Positions 35,563 through 51,657 are shown, counted from the first letter of the stretch. The stretch: DNA of 64,000 nt from Tubiluchus corallicola (GCA_030141605.1 JAQGDQ010000438.1:102029-166028); one strand, 5' to 3'. Notes: generated from the letters alone by a model not told the origin. A program made the numbers and translations.

Positions 35563-37544
35563 CTGTATAGATGAGTCACAAACAGTACAAATATTATCTG
35601 TAAAAATTCAAGAGGAATGAGACACAAATTTTACATCTCATATAATTTTACATCTAAGCCTACGCACATGTGCAGAAAGGTCATCTATAATTACAATCGT
35701 CATGTAATTTGTTTGCAAAATAACGCTAGTCATTATTTTGGCCGATTTTGAAAACGTGTAAAAAATTCGATTGCTTTAGCCATAAAAACGTAGACTGCTT
35801 TTATGTCTATTAATCACATAAGAACGACTTACTCGATTCCATGCGGATAACATCTTATTCTACGCATGCGCGTGCATTTTCAACCCTGGCCATTTTAACT
35901 GAATGACGTCGTCGTTTCCAAGACACTCGTCTGCCATAATTATGCTGGCTTTCAAACTATTTTAACGAGAAACTAAACACCAAAATTAACTACTAAATCG
36001 TCAGTGTAGCACCTCGGGGCCGGACTTCGGCGACAAAAAGTCGATATAGGGTTTATCTTAGTTAGACGACCGAGCGAAAGGCTTAAGGGACAAGAAAAGG
36101 GGCATCTGAAGTATGTTTCAGAAAAATCGCATTAAAATATATTACTTTACGGCAATTTTATTCACATATCGTATTCCGGTTGGAAGGAATTTTCGTTTGT
36201 TTGCATTTTAAATCTACCGCAATACTGTTCCGACGGCGCCATTGCATGACGTCACTAAAATGCGTAAATCAGGGGAAGAAAAGGCAATGTTAAATTATGA
36301 CCCAAAAAACTTTCCGTGCGAATCTGTATTACTTAGCATTTCACTTACCTGCTGTAAAGACTTATGTAACTAAACTAATAATTTAAAATGATTGTGCCAA
36401 TTGGTAAAATGGCGCTGACTCACCCTCCAGGGTGCGCCACTCACTAGCCAAAACGTATTTTTAATTTTATTGACAAGATACAGAAATTTAAAATTTTACT
36501 TAATTATCGACATGTATGCTACGAATGCTCTGATTGTTTTTTCAAAAGTTACTTAATGTTATCTAAACTTGTTTCAAATGACCTACCATTAAAATGGCTG
36601 CGCCTAACAGTCATCGCGGAAATTTAAATTTACAACGTTTTATACAGCGTTACGACCGATGCAAGCCATGCATACGAAAAGGTAGTATGTAAGTGGTATA
36701 AAATTTCGAGACGAATTTTTTAAGCTTAGTGTAAGTGGAGGGTTTTCTTGTGCTTTAATTGCAGTATTTTTAACAATGATGTCCCATATTGCTGCAATCT
36801 ACAAACTTGTACAATCACCTTTTAAAACAGACGTCATCTACAGACTGGTCTTGACTTTTTGGTCGACTTTTTTTGAGTTGATCATTTCTAATCGCCTGTT
36901 GCTCTTTACAAATTATCATAAACTTATCATATATATATTATATTATTATATATTATAACGGTCTCAAAACGAAAAAGAGGTTTGTTCCCTTTCAATATTT
37001 TAAAGAGTTGATTGTTTTGACCTACAGTTTGAAATTGGGTCTGTTTAAGATATATAACAAGAAATCTGAATTATACGAGTTAAGCGGAGTTGACTATACG
37101 TGAAATTTTTAAAACCAGATTTTGTTAGCGTATTGAGACAGTTTTATTACTTTCCCGACTTTTCGAATCAAAATGACACTTTCGTTTCTCTAGTCACCTT
37201 TCCGACAGAGGCTATCAACAGTTATATCAACTGCTCAGCACTCACTCGACAGCCTAGCAGATGATTTCAGCTTTATTGCGCTGTTTGAACAGCTTCTAAC
37301 GGTTTTTCTGAGTAAATATGGCGAAGGTAAAAACACGTGCTCAATCGAGTCATCATCGTAAAACAGTCAATCAAACTTTACGAACAGCAATCAGTGAGAT
37401 AGCAGGCCAGCTAAAACACATATTTGTTAGAGAAGTTAGATTGTAGTGAACAAGGTATTACCGACATCACTTGCTCATTTCCTATTTTATACAGCAAGAA
37501 TAACTTCTCAATGTTTCAAATATCACCCAGTGTTCGATGGTGAC

Positions 37545-39490
37545 AGGTAAAAAAGTCGCAATAAAGAAAGTTACGAAAAAAGGTCACAGTTTTCGCTAGG
37601 AAACAAAGTCACAGGAAAAAAGGTCACAGTTTTAGCTAGAAAACAAAGTCACAGAAAAGAGGTCACAGTTTTCGTTAGGAAACAAAGTCACAGAAAAGAG
37701 GTCACAGTTTTCGCTAGGAAACAAAGTCACAGAAAAGAGGTCACAGTTTTTGCTAGGAAACAAAGTCACAGAAAAGAGGTCACAGTTTTCGCTAGGAAAC
37801 AAAGTCACAGAAAAGAGGTCACAGTTTTTGCTAGGAAACAAAGTCACAGAAAAGAGGTCACAGTTTTCGCTAGGAAACAAAGTCACAGAAAAGAGGTCAC
37901 AGTTTTCGCTAGGAAACAAAGTCACGAGAAAAAAGTCACAGTTCTTGTTAGGAAACAAAGTCACAGAAAAAAGTCACAGTTTTCGCTAGGAAACAAAGTC
38001 ACAGAAAAGAGGTCACAGTTTTCGCTAGGAAACAAAGTCACAGAAAAGAGGTCACAGTTTTCGCTAGGAAACAAAGTCACGAGAAAAAAGTCACAGTTCT
38101 TGTTAGGAAACAAAGTCACAGAAAAAAGTCACAGTTTTCGCTAGGAAACAAAGTCACAGAAAAAAGTCACAGTTTTCGCTAGGAAACAAAGTCACAGGAA
38201 AAAAGGTCACAGTTTTCGCTAGGAAACAAAGTCACAGGAAAACGTCACAGTTTTCGCTAGGTAACAAAGTCACAGGAAAGAAGTCACAGTTTTCGCTAGG
38301 AAACAAAGTCACAGAAAAGAGGTCACAGTTTTCGCTAGGAAACAAAGTCACAGGAAAAAAGGTCACAGTTTTAGCTAGAAAACAAAGTCACAGAAAAGAG
38401 GTCACAGTTTTCGTTAGGACACAAAGTCACAGAAAAGAGGTCACAGTTTTCGCTAGGAAACAAAGTCACAGAAAAGAGGTCACAGTTTTTGCTAGGAAAC
38501 AAAGTCACAGAAAAGAGGTCACAGTTTTCGCTAGGAAACAAAGTCACAGAAAAGAGGTCACAGTTTTCGCTAGGAAACAAAGTCACGAGAAAAAAGTCAC
38601 AGTTCTTGTTAGGAAACAAAGTCACAGAAAAAAGTCACAGTTTTCGCTAGGAAACAAAGTCACAGAAAAGAGGTCACAGTTTTCGCTAGGAAACAAAGTC
38701 ACAGAAAAGAGGTCACAGTTTTCGCTAGGAAACAAAGTCACGAGAAAAAAGTCACAGTTCTTGTTAGGAAACAAAGTCACAGAAAAAAGTCACAGTTTTC
38801 GCTAGGAAACAAAGTCACAGAAAAAAGTCACAGTTTTCGCTAGGAAACAAAGTCACAGGAAAAAAGGTCACAGTTTTCGCTAGGAAACAAAGTCACAGGA
38901 AAACGTCACAGTTTTCGCTAGGTAACAAAGTCACAGGAAAGAAGTCACAGTTTTCGCTAGGAAACAAAGTCACAGGAAAAAAGGTCATAGTTTTCGCTAG
39001 GAAACAAAGTCACAGGAAAACGTCACAGTTTTCGCTAGGAAACAAAGTCACAGGAAAGAAGTCACAGTTTTCGATAGAAAACAAAGTCACAGGAAAGAAG
39101 TCAGTTTTCGCTAGGAAACAAAGTCACAGGAAAACGTCACAGTTTTCGCTAGGAAACAAAGTCACAGGAAAAAAGGTCACAGTTTTCGCTAGGAAACAAA
39201 GTCACAGGAAAAAAGGTCAAAGTTTTCACTAGGAAACAAAGTCACAGAAAAAAGTCACAGTTTTCACTAGGAAACAAAGTCACAGAAAAAAGTCACAGTT
39301 TTCGCTAGGAAACAAAGTCACAGGAAAAAAGGTCAAAGTTTTCACTAGGAAACAAAGTCACAGAAAAAAGTCACAGTTTTCGCTAGAAAACAAAGTCACA
39401 GAAAAAAGTCACAGTTTTCGCTGGGAAACAAAGTCACAGGAAAAAAGTCACAGATTTCGCTAGGAAACAAAGTCACAGGAAAAATCACCT
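37545..39490. repeat. 39-bp minisatellite (~49 units) built from GTCACAG subrepeats
   Basis: Unit gtcacagttttcgctaggaaacaaagtcacagaaaagag; the ends resemble termini of the 16.1-kb element. Confidence 0.93.
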
Positions 39491-39651
39491 ATCTAATAGC
39501 TAAACAATTTTGATGTCACTTAACTTGCTGAGCTAAACACAGATCGCGCTACCCAACTACTTCCCTCGTAAACAATGTATCATTAATGAAACTACAATCA
39601 GATAATTTAAATACCAAAAAACAAACAAACAATAAATAAATAAAAGATGAT

Positions 39652-39970
39652 TGAATGAATGAATGAATGAATGAATGAATGAAAGAATGAAAGAATGAAA
39701 GAATGAAAGAATGAAAGAATGAAAGAATGAATGAATGAATGAATGAATGAATGAATGAATGAATGAATGAATGAATGAATGAATGAATGAATGAATGAAT
39801 GAACGAATGAGATAACGAACGAACGAACGAACGAACGAACGAACGAACGAACGAACGAACGAACGAACGAACGAACGAACGAATGAACGAACGAACGAAC
39901 GAACGAACGAATGAACGAACGAATGAATGAATGAATGAATGAACGAACGAACGAACGAACGAACGAACGA
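39652..39970. repeat. (GAAT/GAAC)n microsatellite
   Basis: Visible run. Confidence 0.97.
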
Positions 39971-40881
39971 ATTCAATACAGTTTATTTGGTTAAGCACAT
40001 AAAAGTGCATTACAATTACACAATTGTTATCTCTGACTCCTGCTGTTTCGTACTATGCATCCTGTACCTCGTACCTCTACCATACAAGTATTTTTCTGGA
40101 AATTAAACATTTCTCTTCAATGCACGGCGTCACGTGACTATGCAGTTGAAACAGTCTTCCAAACATTTAAAGAATGAGCAAAAACAAGAAAAACAAAATG
40201 TCTGACCTTTTCGTTTGTGACTGCAAACTTCTGAGGCATTGTCAATTTGTCACATTGGCAAAAAATCACCCAAAGACACAGTATCTTCGAGAGAGTCGAT
40301 ACGCCGTCTCTTTTTCTCGCTTGAACTGTTGCTCTCGGAAGAGTTGTGACTAATAACTGACGTTGTTGACTAAAGTTTCGAAACTTGACGAATGCAGCCT
40401 GAAGGTTATGAAGCAAGTGGCAAATCGATTGGTTCAGTCAGTGTACATGCGCTTCGTCTAAACGCCTTTTATTTTGCATTTACGCACTCCAAGTCTAGCA
40501 ATTGGAGATGCAATTGAAATTCCATTATTCTAATAAATTTTTTTACAATTGGTCAGGCAGCTGGTACAGTAGGATGAATACGTAGTAAAGGAAGCATGTA
40601 GTTTTTCTCATTAACAATGTAAGACTAGTTTACTGCCAGCTAAGAAGTTAGCAGCGCGCTACTCAGCTTTGCAGCTAGATAATCACGTAAGTAGCTGTCT
40701 GGGATTAAAACTAACACCAGACTAGAGAGTGAATTACAACTACATAGTTGAACAACTATCAGTCCGACAGTCAGTCAGTTAGTCAGTCAGTCAGTCAGTC
40801 AGTCAGTCAGTCAGTCAGTCAGTCAGTCAGTCAGTCAGTCAGTCAGTCAGTCAGTCAGTCAGTCAATCAGTCAGTCAGTCA

Positions 40882-41584
40882 GGCTAAAGAATATGATATC
40901 CTTTTAAATGTGAATAAGACTAAACTTGTCACGTTTCGCACTGCCCACATGCAGCAGTTTACTTTTGGGTCTGTTGTTTTGCAGTGTAAAAGTTTTGTAC
41001 CTAGTAAAAAGGAAAAATATCTGGGTCATATTTTATCAGATGAACAATAGAGATGATTTAGATATATTATGACAATGTTCAATTTACTACGGTAGAGCAA
41101 ATAAATTACTCATGAAATTTACTCACCTTTCAGTTAACGTGAAGAGACAATTGTTTAATACTTACTGCACTACTTTTTATTGTATGTCCACTTGGAGACA
41201 TTTTTATTCTTACAATCTTAGCAAACTCAAGGTTGCATATACTGTATCAACACGGAAGCTGTTTAACTTTTCATATGATACGAGCGGAAGATATATTTCT
41301 ACTAGACTTAATATTATTTATTTTGATGTGATTCACTGAAAATGTGCATACAGTTTACACGTCAGGCTGAATAAGAGTGAAAATTTTATATGCAAGAACA
41401 TTTTAAACAGTGATGTAAACTTTACTTCTGTAATTAGACGTCATTGGTGTAGTTTGTTATATCGTTAATTGTTATTTGTGTTATTGTTATGTTTCATGAT
41501 TTATTGTATTATTTGTGTTAATTTGTGATGTGTATATGAACTTTGTGAAGTTTGAAGTAAAATATTAAATCAAATCAATCAAAA
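40882..41584 (+). mobile_element. Degenerate LINE 3' portion with (AAATC)n tail, flanked by (CAGT)n on both sides
   Basis: LNVNKTK...KYLGHILS...KRQLFNTYCTTFYCMSTW...KLKVAY RT thumb/C-terminal motifs, with stops. Confidence 0.8.
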
Positions 41585-42246
41585 TCAGTCAGTCGGTCGG
41601 TCGGTCGGTCAGTCAGTCAGTCAGTCAGTCAATCAGATAGCAGTTGCGCGGTCGGTGGCCAGATTGGTCAGTCAATTAGTCAATTAGACAGCAGTTGGTC
41701 GGTTGGTGAGTGTGTTTTTCTTCAGACAGTTGACATCCTGTTGTTCAGTTACTTTGCACAATGGACAGATTTACATTCAACTCGGGATACTCAGCGCAGT
41801 GTAAATTATTCATCCGGCCACTTGCAGCTTGCAGTTAAAAGCTGGGTAACTTAACCTGACAAGACTAATAAAAGCGCTAATGACGGAACACTACGATATT
41901 AGCTAGATCAAATCGCAGGCTAGAGCTAGGAATAGAATGTTCCAGGATTTTTCCTTATTTTCTCAATTTATCTGCATGGGTGTTAAGCGATGCTGCTTTT
42001 TGCACTTGAATTTGTTCGAATCTCTCAAATGTAGTCACCATAAAAGAAGAAGAATGAATTCGGTAATGTGTTAAGCAACAATATAATACATGATGGTAGA
42101 TGTACTTACTACAAATTCGAAAAGAAACGAATAATCTATCATTCTAAGTGCTGTTGTTGCTGTTTTACCAACAATACAGTTGTTGTTGTTGCTGTTGCTG
42201 TTGTTGTTGTTGTTGTTGTTGTTGTTGCTGCTGCTGCTGCTGCTGC

Positions 42247-42282
<36 letters not shown>

Positions 42283-43980
42283 GATAGCAGCTCCACTATC
42301 TGGTCCTGACCTTATATAGTAGTACGTATCTGTGGTAGCAGCTCCCCTATCTGGTCCTGACCTTATATAGTAGTACGTATCTGTGGTAGCAGCTCCCCTA
42401 TCTGGTCCTGACCTTATATAGTAGTACGTATCTGTGGTAGCAGCTCCCCTATCTGGTCCTGACCTTATATAGTAGTACGTATCAGTGGTAGCAGCTCCCC
42501 TATCTGGTCCTGACCTTATATAGTAGTACGTATCAGTGGTAGCAGCTCCCCTATTTGGTCCTGACCTTATATAGTAGTACGTATCAGTGGTAGCAGCTCC
42601 CCTATCTGGTCCTGACCTTATATAGTAGTACGTATCAGTGGTAGCATTTCCCCTATCTGGTCCTGACCTTATATAGTAGTACGTATCAGTGGTAGCAGCT
42701 CCCCTATTTGGTCCTGACCTTATATAGTAGTACGTATCAGTGGTAGCAGTTCCCCTATCTGGTCCTGACCTTATATAGTAGTACGTATCAGTGGTAGCAG
42801 CTCCCCTATCTGGTCCTGACCTTATATAGTAGTACGTATCAGTGGTAGCAGCTCCCCTATCTGGTCCTGACCTTATATAGTAGTACGTATCTGTGGTAGC
42901 AGCTCCCCTATTTGGTCCTGACCTCATATAGTAGTACGTATCAGTGGTAGCAGTTCCCCTATCTGGTCCTGACCTTATATAGTAGTACGTATCTGTGGTA
43001 GCAGCTCCCCTATTTGGTCCTGACCTTATATAGTAGTACGTATCAGTGGTAGCAGCTCCCCTATCTGGTCCTGACCTTATATAGTAGTACGTATCTGTGG
43101 TAGCAGCTCCCCTATTTGGTCCTGACCTCATATAGTAGTACGTATCAGTGGTAGCAGTTCCCCTATCTGGTCCTGACCTTATATAGTAGTACGTATCAGT
43201 GGTAGCAGCTCCCCTATCTGGTCCTGACCTTATATAGTAGTACGTATCTGTGGTAGCAGCTCCCCTATTTGGTCCTGACCTTATATAGTAGTACGTATCA
43301 GTGGTAGCAGCTCCCCTATTTGGTCCTGACCTTATATAGTAGTACGTATCAAAGATAGTAGCTCCCCTATCTGGTCCTGACCTCATATAGTAGTACGTAT
43401 CAGTGGTAGCAGCTCCCCTATCTGGTCCTGACCTTATATAGTAGTACGTATCTGTGGTAGCAGCTCCCCTATCTGGTCCTGACCTCATATAGTAGTACGT
43501 ATCAGTGGTAGCAGCTCCCCTATCTGGTCCTGACCTTATATAGTAGTACGTATCTGTGGTAGCAGCTCCCCTATCTGGTCCTGACCTCATATAGTAGTAC
43601 GTATCAGTGGTAGCAGCTCCCCTATCTGGTCCTGACCTTATATAGTAGTACGTATCAGTGGTAGCAGCTCCCCTATCTGGTCCTGACCTTATATAGTAGT
43701 ACGTATCTGTGGTAGCAGCTCCCCTATCTGGTCCTGACCTTATATACTAGTACGTATCTGTGGTAGCAGCTCCCCTATCTGGTCCTGCCCTTATATAGTA
43801 GTACGTATCAGTGGTAGCAGTTCCCCTATCTGGTCCTGACCTTATATAGTAGTACGTATCAGTGGTAGCAGCTCCCCTATCTGGTCCTGACCTTATATAG
43901 TAGTACGTATCAAAGATAGTAGCTCCTATAACTGGTCCTGCCCTTATATAGTAGTACATATCAGTGGTCTGATACGTATC
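42283..43980. repeat. 51-bp minisatellite, ~33 units
   Basis: Unit gtggtagcagctcccctatctggtcctgaccttatatagtagtacgtatc(a/t). Confidence 0.96.
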
Positions 43981-44445
43981 AGCCTTTATCTGGTCACTAC
44001 CCATGATTTTGTTACATACTCTATTCACAGCTGACATTGTTTTCTAACGCTTTCTAGTCAAACTTTTTTTCGTATCATTATCTCGAACGCATTCTTATTC
44101 CTTTACCACTTTCCCGCTTCGATTTATATTTAAACTACTTCGTCTTACATGATTGATTGCTGTCTCTCGGGAAATCATTGGACAGAATGACGTGAAAAAC
44201 GAAACTGTCGCCGACAGGTGTGCAAAGATTGAAACCCTTTTAGACACTTTATAAAAACACTTGATGCTCCGAAACTTTCAAGCAGAGATGGTAGAGTGAA
44301 TCGATTAAGACAGAAAGCTGTATTGGGCATGTATTGATTGACATGAGTACTCTTTTTAACAAAATTTCTATCTAGAGACACTAACAGATACTGGAGACAA
44401 TTACCGGAAATAGGTTTTTATAAAAACAAGTTATAAAACATTTAA

Positions 44446-45055
44446 AGCAAAACCGGATCCAATCTTCTCTTTAAAGAAATGAAAACAATCTACTCTTTAA
44501 AATATTGAAAGGGAACACACTTTTTTTTTCAAAAATGACTTACGTGAAAGAATTATTACCTCACAAACACAATTTCACGTTCGCGCCTCTAGTTCTTCGC
44601 TGTTACATGCATTTCACCATTCACTTGTTAGACGGGCACTAGCGCCTGCATTTCGGAAACGCATTACAAACGTGTTGTACCTCTCAGTTCAGATATGTTA
44701 GTTTGTGACGAACTAGACACGTTGGACAGCTCATGCGTGAGCACAGCGGTAAATTCAAAATTTTAATCTTAAAACTTGCCTAGCTTTAATACAACACACT
44801 GAATATCTTACACTAGCACTGTACTTCAATTTTCATTTTCGCAAACACGTGCAACACGCTGGGTAGAATATTTTTGCCCTTGAAAATTATGTTAGTTTGT
44901 GATGTCGTCAATAGTTGGGTTCGACCGTCGTTAATTAAGTTTTTAATCTATTATTTAATTATCAGAAACTGTTTTGCAGTATTAGCTGTGTTAAAATGTA
45001 TCCTTTTTATCGGATCTGAAAATGGGATAGTATATTAAAAATCATCCTGTCTTCT
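44446..45055 (+). mobile_element. Kolobok-like MITE, uninterrupted reference copy (610 bp)
   Basis: TTAA|AGCAAAACCGGAT ... ATCCTGTCTTCT|TTAA; RR..YY termini with TTAA TSD. Confidence 0.8.
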
Positions 45056-45684
45056 TTAACAGATACATAACACTGGTACCTCAATATTACGTGTTACTGT
45101 CTGAATGAGTCTCGAGAGACTAATGTTGCAGTGATCCAGTTATCCGCTGAAGTGAATGTCATATAGAGAGACATGTTTCTTAAAAGGGAATAGTCAGAAC
45201 AGGCATACTCGCTTCCCCGTGGGCATTTGTTAAGTGAAGATAAATTGACTACATGGTTAATGTAAACAGTAGATCATAGCTTTGCAAAATTATGATTGTA
45301 GCGATGAATGGGATGAACACGTGAGGTTAGGATTCGTTTAGTTGTACCGCCACGAAATGTCCATTTTTACAATGTCAAGACAATTTTAATGATTTTCTAT
45401 TGAATATTGGTTATGAAGACAGTAATATGTGCAGTGTTGGCAAAGGACGGGAGGCAAAGCCCACATCATCTGATGTTTCAATGTAAATTCGTAAGTTGCA
45501 TTAAACGTGAAAATTTTGTAAGCGTTTTACAGCACCAAGATGTCAATTATATGTTAACTTGTGATGATAATCTGATTTTATATTATTTAACTTTGCTAAT
45601 ATTTTGTTAGATAATTTTATTTTGTCACTAACCAAACGGGATGAATTAATTTTTGAAAATTGTTATCAATGTCAGTTAGGAAAG

Positions 45685-46254
<570 letters not shown>

Positions 46255-46611
46255 GAGCAAGTTTTTATGTAGTTCTGTATGCAGAATGATTCAATTCAAT
46301 TCAAATTTTTATTTCGGTAACTAAGACCATAGGACCATATAAAATACGGATGCAATAGTAAAATGAAATAAAAATTACAGGAGTAAACATATATATATAT
46401 ATAAAGGGTTAATAAGTTGCATTTCACAAAAAAGCAAGATTTGAGCAGAAAAGGTTTTAGTAAAAATGTCGTTTAGCCTTGAAATTTGACATTTACAGAG
46501 AAGATCTAAAAAATAAAAAGATCAGTTAACAGTGTAAATGTGTGAATTAGGTGAAATTGGTGAAGCAGAAGTTGAATTAAGCAAAAAAAGTGATATTATA
46601 TCAGCAATGGG

Positions 46612-46722
46612 GTTAGTTTAGTTTAAACATAATTTATTTAGAATTGGATCAGACAGTTTGAGCAACATGATTTAGGATCCTCACCACAACAGACTTTATA
46701 CACTATTTACAAGAACATTTAC
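46612..46722 (-). mobile_element. Short 3'-end copy of the LINE family seen at 19898 and 57221
   Basis: Shares gatcctcaccacaacagactttatacact and the (TAAAC) tail; imperfect TSD cagcaa(t/a)g(g/a)ggtta. Confidence 0.75.
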
Positions 46723-47412
46723 AGCAAAGAGGTTATTTTCGGTGCTGTATTTGAGAACTCGCAGCTATAGGAATTTCAAATTAGAGACTACGATTGGCGA
46801 TATCTACTCTGACGAAAAACATTTTTCTCTGAAAGGAGAACCACTTCTTCAGAAAGTGCACGACCCGTTAGGACGGGTAATCCATTGTTTGACTGGATAA
46901 ACGTAGCAGGATGTACTGCTATTGCTGACAACTGTCATTTGCAGAGGCTGCAGTACATATCATTACCGACTGGAGTTCTTTTAAGACTTCTTCCAAAGCT
47001 TGATGATCTCTTAAAACCCGCGCTGGGACACATTACTGGCATAATTGGATTCCGTCCACCGTTTAAGGATTACGTAGCTTTCCGGGGAATTCTGCAGTTT
47101 CATGCCAATTTCGGCTTGAGCTTTGAAAATTATAACTTTGTTAAAGCAGCGTTGACTATGTGAGACCTAACATACGTTTTACAAAGGTTTGCGGAAGTAA
47201 AGTGTCAGTGAACATGTTTTGATGTTGATGTCATAATTTTGTTTAATTTTCTGTTGTCTTCGTCGATCATGTGGTGCGGTTTTGAAAATTTAAGTCTGTG
47301 ATGGAAGATGGGCATTTTGTTGAAGGGAATAGTGGTCATAAAAGTGGTTCTTCACGTGGAAAGAGTTAGTCAAAAGTAACACCTTGACTAAAATGAAAAA
47401 CTGTGAAAGCGT

Positions 47413-48946
<1,534 letters not shown>

Positions 48947-49130
48947 GAGATGAAAATTCGTTTATAGATATCGAAGTCATCTAGTATTTTTTAATTGCTC
49001 TGCCACTGTTGTCATCATTGTTATAGTCAACCAATGTCTTCGTCATCATCGGCAGCTTAGCATTGTTATAATAGGCATCTTTGTCAATAGCAATGTTGCC
49101 AATATAATGTCAATGACAATGTTGTCAACA

Positions 49131-49470
49131 TTGTTGGCATCCTTCTGTCTCGGAAGACAATGGGGTGTGCGCCAAGAGAGTCAGTTATTGATCAAATTGA
49201 TGGAGCTCCAGCGTCGACTGTGGCTGAGCAGTCTGTTCCTTGAACCACGGGGCTCCACTCCTGATTTGGAAGGTTTACTCCTCTACCCATGGCCGTTGGG
49301 TCACTTGAACTCCTCCGCCCTCTAACCGTTGACTGCTTGTACAGCTCCTCCGCCTAGTGTCGAGATACAGTGTGGGCATCCCGCAAGCCTACAGCACCTG
49401 GTATTCCTAGGCGGTCACCCATCAAAGTACTAACCAGGCTCTACGTTGCTTAACTTCGGTGATCAGACGA
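49131..49470 (-). mobile_element. 5S/RTE SINE copy, 5'-trimmed and internally deleted
   Basis: Partial 5S head at 49385-49470; lacks the central part of the body; tail intact. Confidence 0.88.
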
Positions 49471-49584
49471 CAATTAACTGCAGTTACGGCTTGTTCTCAT
49501 AATCTTTTAATAAAACTAAATACGAAATACTGTTCTAGTCAATATCATCGTCAGCACTTCACCTAATTCCATTACCACTACTGC

Positions 49585-49666
49585 TATGATTATGATCGTC
49601 CTTATCATCATCGTCATCATCATCATCATCATCATCACCATCATCATCATAATCATCAGCATCATG

Positions 49667-49725
<59 letters not shown>

Positions 49726-49807
49726 TATCATTATCATTATCATTATCATCATCATCATCATTATCGTCATCGTCATCATCATAATCATCACCATCATTAT
49801 TATCATG

Positions 49808-49845
<38 letters not shown>

Positions 49846-49916
49846 TATCATCGTCATCATCGTCATCATCATAATCATCACCATCATTATTATCATGAGC
49901 ATCATCATCATTATCA

Positions 49917-49949
<33 letters not shown>

Positions 49950-49990
49950 TCATCATCATCACCATCATCATGATTATCATCATCATTATC
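49585..49990. repeat. (CAT)n microsatellite
   Basis: Visible run. Confidence 0.97.
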
Positions 49991-51200
49991 AAGATGTCAT
50001 AATCGTGATAATACTCATCGTCATCGCTGTATCACTACCCATTGTCGTCGTCTTCGTTGTCGTTATCTTATCATTAATTAATAGCGTAATAAGTTCGCGA
50101 GGTAAGGCAGTTGCTCCCAGCCACATAGCAACCTACAATAATTCAGCCTGGTCAGTAAAGTTTCAGGATTCGCTCGCAGAATTAATTACTGAAAGGCAGT
50201 CTATTTGTTCTGCGGTTGTCTCTCCCAAGTTATTGTGTCGGAAAATGTAAATGGTTTTAGCTGCAGGTATTAACCGATTGCTAGCATTTATACATACATG
50301 TCTCATTGCCGAAGATTAAATGAAAAAGTGAAATAGAAAGACTCCTCAAGTCATTCATTCAGCGAACTGCCGAGAGCTTCAGAGTTTTGAGATGTTTTGT
50401 AACCATCTTTTCTGCAAGGAGGATGTTTTACTAACAAGCGCGGTTTTGAATAAGTTTTTCTATTATTCCTGTCTTACACTTTTACATCAGATTTCGCGTC
50501 ATGTCATCAATTTTTCACAAACTTGCTGAAAATGTAGATCATGACGCTCGTAAGTCTCATTATACACAAGCGCGATGAGAAAATTCGTTGCATTTAGAAC
50601 CGCTTTCATGTGTCTGCAATCATCCAGAGAAGCGTCAGCGTCTTATGATATCAAAGGTAGTCACACAATAAGCAGCTAGTGAGTTTGTTTAAAATTAGTC
50701 AATGCGTCTGTATGAAACCATCTTTTGATGTAGTTTTGTTAGAAAACTTAATAAAATTTTGTAAAGGAACTGTTTGTACTGAGCTCACTTCTGACTGGCA
50801 AAGGTAGGAGATTCTTTGTCCTTGAGCAGTAAAAACAGTCGACGTTAGCTATGCATCATAAGAAACATGTGGTGTGACCGCGGCCGGTTTAATATTACAG
50901 ATCTATGGTCTAGTTTTTCCCGTATACATGATTGGGATAGATACTGGTAGATTTGTGCTGCATGTCCTAAATCACTCAAATGATTTAACAAATTTGTTCT
51001 AATACCTCAGAGTCTCTTACACTCCACAAAGGCATTAAGAGCCTAAAAGTGAATTTGTATGCGACTACTCTAACAATTAGTAAGGCCCGGGAAGCATTTG
51101 CACAAGGTCAGGGTTACTCTATAGGCTAGCATAGGCAGCAGCCTAGGGCGAATGGGAGCGGGGACATATTTTGCATTGCTGAATGATTCATATAACTTCA

Positions 51201-51657
51201 CCCTTCATACCCGTTGTATCCCGTGGGATACTAGAATATTTTCTGCCTTTAAAATTAATAAAATTTTAAAACTGACAGTTATTTGATCTGTTAATAGTTA
51301 TTTTGATTTAAGTCAATAACAATAGACTAAAAATGGTGATAAAATGGCAAACTAGAAAATCTACATAGCATAAAAAACTGCGCAAGGTACAGTACTTTAG
51401 AGACGACTTTGTAGAGATCAGTATAGCATGCATACTAAATGTCTTAAATACTTTAAAAAATTATCAGCAGTTGCAAAATGAAGCACATTTTATGCTTCCA
51501 TTGAATCCCAATGTATCCCGTGAGATACAGGCTATATTTAGCACGCGGGCACAGGTAGAAAAAAATAATTATTATGTGTAAACAAGATGGACATACTGAA
51601 CAAAAGTACCAAATCAAAAAAAGATTCTTATTAAAAAATAATTTGGGACTGAAAGGG
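51201..51657 (+). mobile_element. piggyBac-like MITE
   Basis: Same family as 32163-32602; TTCA/TTAA flanks. Confidence 0.9.

Noticed and set aside
36340-36360. Strong minus-strand donor CAG|GTAAGT as an upstream Pdfr exon end
   Set aside because: No plausible coding frame upstream; a non-coding exon cannot be excluded but is unsupported.
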